A stretch of DNA of 64,000 bases, taken from Mobula hypostoma. Lineage: Eukaryota. Below the pieces are notes generated by a model. It did no database searches, was not told the DNA's origin, and saw only the letters and a list, made by a program, of their open reading frames with translations. Below, one piece after another: positions 59,040 to 64,000 of the stretch; position 1 is the first letter of the stretch, and each line of letters starts with the position of its first letter. The translations under genes and the position numbers were made by a program. The stretch lies in assembly GCF_963921235.1 (NCBI RefSeq), contig NC_086103.1, positions 10,478,001 through 10,542,000 on the forward strand, in the 5' to 3' direction.

Positions 59040-59440
59040 ATAGTAGTAGTAGTCATAGTCATAGTCATAGTCATAGTCATACTTTATTGATCCCGGAGGA
59101 AATTTGTTTTCGTTACAGTTTCACCATAAATAATTAAATAGTAATATGTAAATTATGCCAGGAAATAAGTCCAGGACCAGCCTATTGGCTCAGGGTGTCT
59201 GACCCTCCAAGGGAGGAGTTGTAAAGTTTGATGGCCACAGGCAGGAATGACTTCTTATGACGCTCTGTGATGCATCTCAGTGGAATGAGTCTCGGGCTGA
59301 TTGTACTCCTGTGTCCAACCGGTACATTATGTAGTGGATGGGAGACATTGTCCAAGATGGCATGCAACTTGGACAGCATCCGCTTTTCAGACACCACCGT
59401 CAGAGAGTCCAGTTCCATCCCCAAAACATCACTGGCCTTA
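59040..59440 (-). mobile_element. Rex1/Babar-like 3' end with (ATGACT)n tail
   Basis: KASDVLGMELDSL..LHAILDNVSHPLH..KSFLPVAIKLYN; (CATAGT)n array at ~59054-59080 next to TTTATT. Confidence 0.75.
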
Positions 59441-59489
59441 CAAATGATATATAGATACATTACTTAATACACAATTTCAGTACATGGAT

Positions 59490-60010
59490 AGCAAAACTGA
59501 GCAAAACATCACTGGCGCCAGCCTACCTGCCATCAAGGCTATTGATGTACATGGAAAAGGGTCAGTAACATAATGGAGGAGCCCACCTACTCTGCGCATG
59601 GACTATTTGTTCCACTCCCATCAGGGAGCAGACTAAGTAACATCCACACCAGGACCACCGGAGGCAAAAACAGTTACTTTTCCGCAAGCAGTAAGACTAA
59701 TCAACACCTCCACCCACTAACCCAACCCTCCACACAATGACCGCCCCCCCCCCAACCTTCCACTCCATCATTCCCTTTCAGAGTCACCTTATGTACAGAC
59801 ACTCCTGCACCTAGCATCATTTTATGGACATACAATCAATCTCTGTATATTAGTGATATTATATATTTATATTTATTGTGTTCTTTTTATTATTGTGCTC
59901 TTTATGTTATTGTGTGTTTTTAATGCTGTATAGGATCAGGAGTAATAACTATATTGTTTTTCTTAACATGTGTACTAAAAATACATTAAGTAATCTTGAA
60001 TCTTGAATCC
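59490..60010 (+). mobile_element. Rex1/Babar-like 3' fragment
   Basis: HGLFVPLPSG-like segment and (AATCTTG)n tail. Confidence 0.6.
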
Positions 60011-61064
60011 TGTGAGAATAACACAGTAATAATTTTGACCTGTAAAAATATATACTGGAATTCCGGTAATTTCAGGCAGTATCAAAAGTGGGACAAACAG
60101 TTAAGGTTTGACATCAACGACTTTTCATCAAAACTAGAAAAGAAAAGAACGAAGTGTGCTTTAGTTGCAAGGAGGAGGGAGGGCCAGAGAGATGAAAAAA
60201 GGAAGTGTTTGATAGGATGGAATCTAAGAGAACAAGCAAAACAAGTAATAATTCTGCCTTCAGAAAGAGAATCGCAAAGTTTCATGAATAACAAAAGGTG
60301 TGGCTTGGAAAGTGTAAACAAACAAATCTAGAATTACCAAATAGGAGAGATTTAAGAAATATTACATGTCGAATTTAGGCTGTAAAGAGAGTCTTGCTAG
60401 AAGATGACTGCCTTTAGGGCTGAAATTCAATAGTTTCAGATAATCAGCCATCCTAGTTTTTAAAGTAATGTTTCCAGTATTTGTTTTACTTCAGACCTCC
60501 TTCCCCACCCCCATCCAGCACCCCAGTAATTTCTTCCCCTTTGCTCACATTTACATTTATTTGATCACCTTCCTCCAATGTCAGCTAAAAATTATCACCG
60601 GATTGATTGAATCTTCTCTTACCTTAAGCTGCCATAGACCAGCAACTTTGTTCACTCCCTCCTGACCCCATTCCCATGAATTTCACTATCCTTCCCCATT
60701 TCCCAAACCTCTCAGCAACCTTGAACTCATTTCGAACTGTCATCAGTTTTGAGAGGATATCAAGCTAAAACGTTCAGCCTGCTTCTATCTCACAAATTCT
60801 GCTTGACCTTCTGTGCTTTTCCAACTTGCCCTGTTTTTAATCAATATTCAGTGCTGTTTCAGGCTGATTGCAATTGATAATGTGCCACCATTATGATTCA
60901 TGCAAGTTGCCCCACACTATAAAATAGTTGTCTTTAGGTGGATTTCAATATACTTCACAGCAAATTCCTATTGCCTTAAGGATGAAGTACAGAAAAACTG
61001 TCAACATTATTTATTTTTTTATTTAGAGATACAGAACTGTGTCAGACTCTTCCTGCCACTCAAT

Positions 61065-61240
61065 TAACCCATGTGACCAATTAACCTGTAGGGAATTTGG
61101 AAGCAAACTGGAGCACCGGGAGGAAACTCACGTGGTCATTGGGAAGAGTGTAAACACTGCTTGCAGACAGACGGTGAAATTGAATCCGTGTTGCTGATGC
61201 TGTAATATAGTATTTTTGTACTTTACTGCTGCTACGATAT
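61065..61240 (-). mobile_element. V-SINE/HE1-like copy
   Basis: Homologous to 30590-30778. Confidence 0.6.
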
Positions 61241-62984
61241 TACAAAATTTCATGTCTTTTAAGCCAGTGAAAATAATTATGATTCCACGTGAACAATTGT
61301 GATAATCCCCGTTTCTTTTCCTATGTACCCTAAATAATAAACTGCCTTTCAACTTAATTTTACCCGTCTGCTGCCACTGACATCATTAAATACAAAATAG
61401 ACTGAAATCACTCACCCAGGTTACCTCAACACTACATTCCAAACCCAAGATCTCTGTCATGGGGGCTACAAGGACAGATGAATAGTAATACCGCCACCTG
61501 CTGGTTCAACTCTAAATCACAGCATCTAACATGGAATACAGTACTTCGATTTTAAATCACCGTGGAACAGCAGTATAAAAGCACCAGGAATTGGTAGCTC
61601 CAGGAAACTCAGAACTGCCCTCTGAAGGGCAATTGGAGAAAGGCAATAAATATTTGCAAGCAATGGGCAGATTTCAAAAATGAGAAGTAAGTAAAAGTTA
61701 ATTTATATTTGATCTTCAGAACAACTCACGGCCTTATAACTATTTTTGATATTTTGTCTGCAGTGTAGATAACCCAGCAATCAATTTTCAAAGAACAAGA
61801 AAGACAAATAACTTTTGAGCTTTTGAGTGAAAGTTAACGCAGTTAATGTAAACAGATCTTCAAAATATCCAGAAACCACATCTCCAATAGTACCAATAGT
61901 GTATAGCACTTCGTGTATACTGATTTTATGCTCAAAATTACAGGTTAAGGTTTTAATGTAATTCAATTCAAATCTAATTGTCATTCAACCCTACATGAAT
62001 ACAGCCAAATCATACTCCAGGGCCAAAGTGTAAAACACAGTACCAATAGTCACACACAGCACAAAGCACACATGGCAACATAGCACATATAAGAGAGACA
62101 AATACTGCCCCACAATAAAGAAGTTTAACCTCAAACCATCCAACACTGCAGAAATCTGCAGATGACCACAACAGAGCTCTCCTTCTGCTGAGCAAACACT
62201 GAGGGGGTTAGCACTGACTCCAGCCTGGACACCATGCCACACCGCCCACACCGCCCCCCCCTCAGCGGAGCACACCAGCTCCGACCAAGGCCACACAGCA
62301 CACAGCTGCCCTGCCACCCACCCCTGCCCCCTGAGCCCACCAATAAATCAGTGAATTGAACTGGCGTCAGCATACCACATTAACAATGTTCAAAAGGGTC
62401 TTGCAATCACAGGAAAGGCACCCAAGATGGCCACTCACTATTAGACTATACGCCTCCTTTGACTGCACAGCTCTTTCGTAATCTCCACCAGCACGCAACT
62501 CACTGTTTGGTTAAACCTGTAGTACTTGGAGCTTGGATAGGTACACAGAGCTTATAAAAATAGAGGGCTATGAGTAACCATAGGTAATTCTAAATTAAGT
62601 ACATGTTTGGCACAGCATTCTATTGTGCTGTAGGTATTCTATGTTTCTACTTTAAGTTCTTAATGTATAGCAGGATCTTACAAGCATTAAAATTATGTTT
62701 AAATATAACAGAAGCTCATTTTGTTGACCCTATAGAAGCCACTGCAATTGAATTTTTCACTTGCATCCTTTGACCAGAATAACAAGAATATCAACTTGTA
62801 GCAAATAAGCTTGAAATTACATCAATTTTATTATGTATTTAAATCAATTTAGGTTGCCAATAAGCAAAACTGGATGATGGTTCAATTCAACGATTGATTT
62901 GCTTATAGAGGATTTTCTAAACACAAGTTCTGCAGTCGCTGGAACTCCAAAGCAACACACACAAAATGCAGGAGGATATTTACT

Positions 62985-63380
62985 TGTTTCTCTCAATGGT
63001 CTGGGACCAGGGTATATCACAGAATTCATTTTATATCATAATCCTGCTCGAGCTCTGAGATCTTCTGTCGGTCTCTTAAATTTAAACAATCGTCCTGAAA
63101 ATTTAATTGACAAGTCAGCTTTTTTCAACTATGCTCCTGACCTGTGGAATTCAATACCTAAAACTATAAGGGATGCAGACTCAGATGACAATTTTAAGCA
63201 CCAACTCAAAACCTATTTATTTAACTTTGGAATTAACTCACATCTTTTTGTCTTTTATTTTCATACTTATTTTTATTTTTTTATTTTATTTTCCTATTTG
63301 CACTTTTATCCCATTGTAAAGCACTTTGAATGACTTCATATGTATGAAAAGTACTCCATAAATAAGTTATTATTATTCTT
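62985..63380 (+). mobile_element. L2 LINE 3' end
   Basis: LNGLGPGYI..PARALRS..AF..YAPDLWNSIP..FKHQLKTYLF; tail TGTAAAGCACTTTGA..ATAAATAA(TTA)n. Confidence 0.82.
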
Positions 63381-63684
63381 ATAATACATTGAAGCATCAA
63401 GTGATGCAATCAAGATTATTTTTTAATATTGGAAGGATCAAGCCAGCTAAAAGCTCATGAATAAAAAGCGTACATCTCAATGTTGATAAATGGGAATGTT
63501 AACACAATGATTATACTGGCACCATTCTAAAGAATCATCCCAGATGTACCTGTCACATTAGATTTAACAATCCTTGTTTTACTTAAGCGATATAGCAGTA
63601 AGAAATTATCTGTGACATTCCTTGCTCTCACCACTTTCAGAGTTAACCAGTGTAAGATGTGTAACCTTAATTTATAAGTAGCTT

Positions 63685-63945
63685 CTTATTACTTTATACT
63701 TTATACCTTATTGTCGCCAAACAATTGATACTAGAGAGTACAATCATCACAGCAATATTTGATTCTGCTCTTCATGCTCTCTGGAGTACAAATAGATAGT
63801 AAATATTAAAAATTTAAATTACAAATCATAAATAGAAAATAGAAAAGGAAAAGTAAGGTAGTGCAAAAAAAAAAACGACAGGCAGGTCTGGATATTTGGA
63901 GGGTACGGCCCATGTCTGGGTCAGGGTCCGTTCAGCAGTCTTGTC
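63685..63945 (-). mobile_element. Rex1/Babar 3' UTR (same family as 37555-38200)
   Basis: Reverse complement matches ~37955-38200 including the tail. Confidence 0.85.
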
Positions 63946-64000
63946 CAGCATTCCCATCATTTTCTGGTCATTTGTCCTGCCGTGTGTCTTCTATTTTGCT

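Noticed and set aside
29700-64000. Additional Pcdh exons, constant exons or pseudogenes
   Set aside because: No cadherin motifs in the ORF track and no promoter-module copy seen. Small or heavily decayed exons cannot be excluded without TBLASTN or RNA data.

Overview
Vertebrate genomic DNA, most likely from a cartilaginous fish. That assignment is inferred from the repeat landscape (CR1, Rex1/Babar, Penelope, tRNA-derived SINEs) and the protocadherin type; the species cannot be determined. The left half (1-29.7 kb) holds four intact ~2.4-kb clustered-protocadherin ORFs on the minus strand, each with signal peptide, 6 cadherin repeats, TM and a short cytoplasmic tail. Each lies in a tandemly duplicated unit with its own ~150-bp promoter module of nearly fixed motif spacing. 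Unit-flank homology at ~1.1-1.3 kb suggests another gene just left of the window. The gene at 26.9-29.3 kb is the most diverged and the 5'-most gene visible. The right half (30-64 kb) has no recognisable host gene and consists of decayed retroelements: nested and near-full-length CR1, Rex1, L2, Penelope, a Gypsy integrase remnant and a solo LTR. Most notable: (i) no conserved splice donor at the ORF ends, so the genes may be single-exon; (ii) a conserved promoter module without a convincing CTCF core; (iii) patchwork identity between paralogues; (iv) a 118-bp Penelope-derived insertion with an intact-looking hammerhead ribozyme; (v) one SINE body with two different 3' tails; (vi) a sharp fall in CpG density near 48 kb. 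I see no clearly new biological system. TE boundaries without a stated TSD are approximate, and all counts were made by eye.
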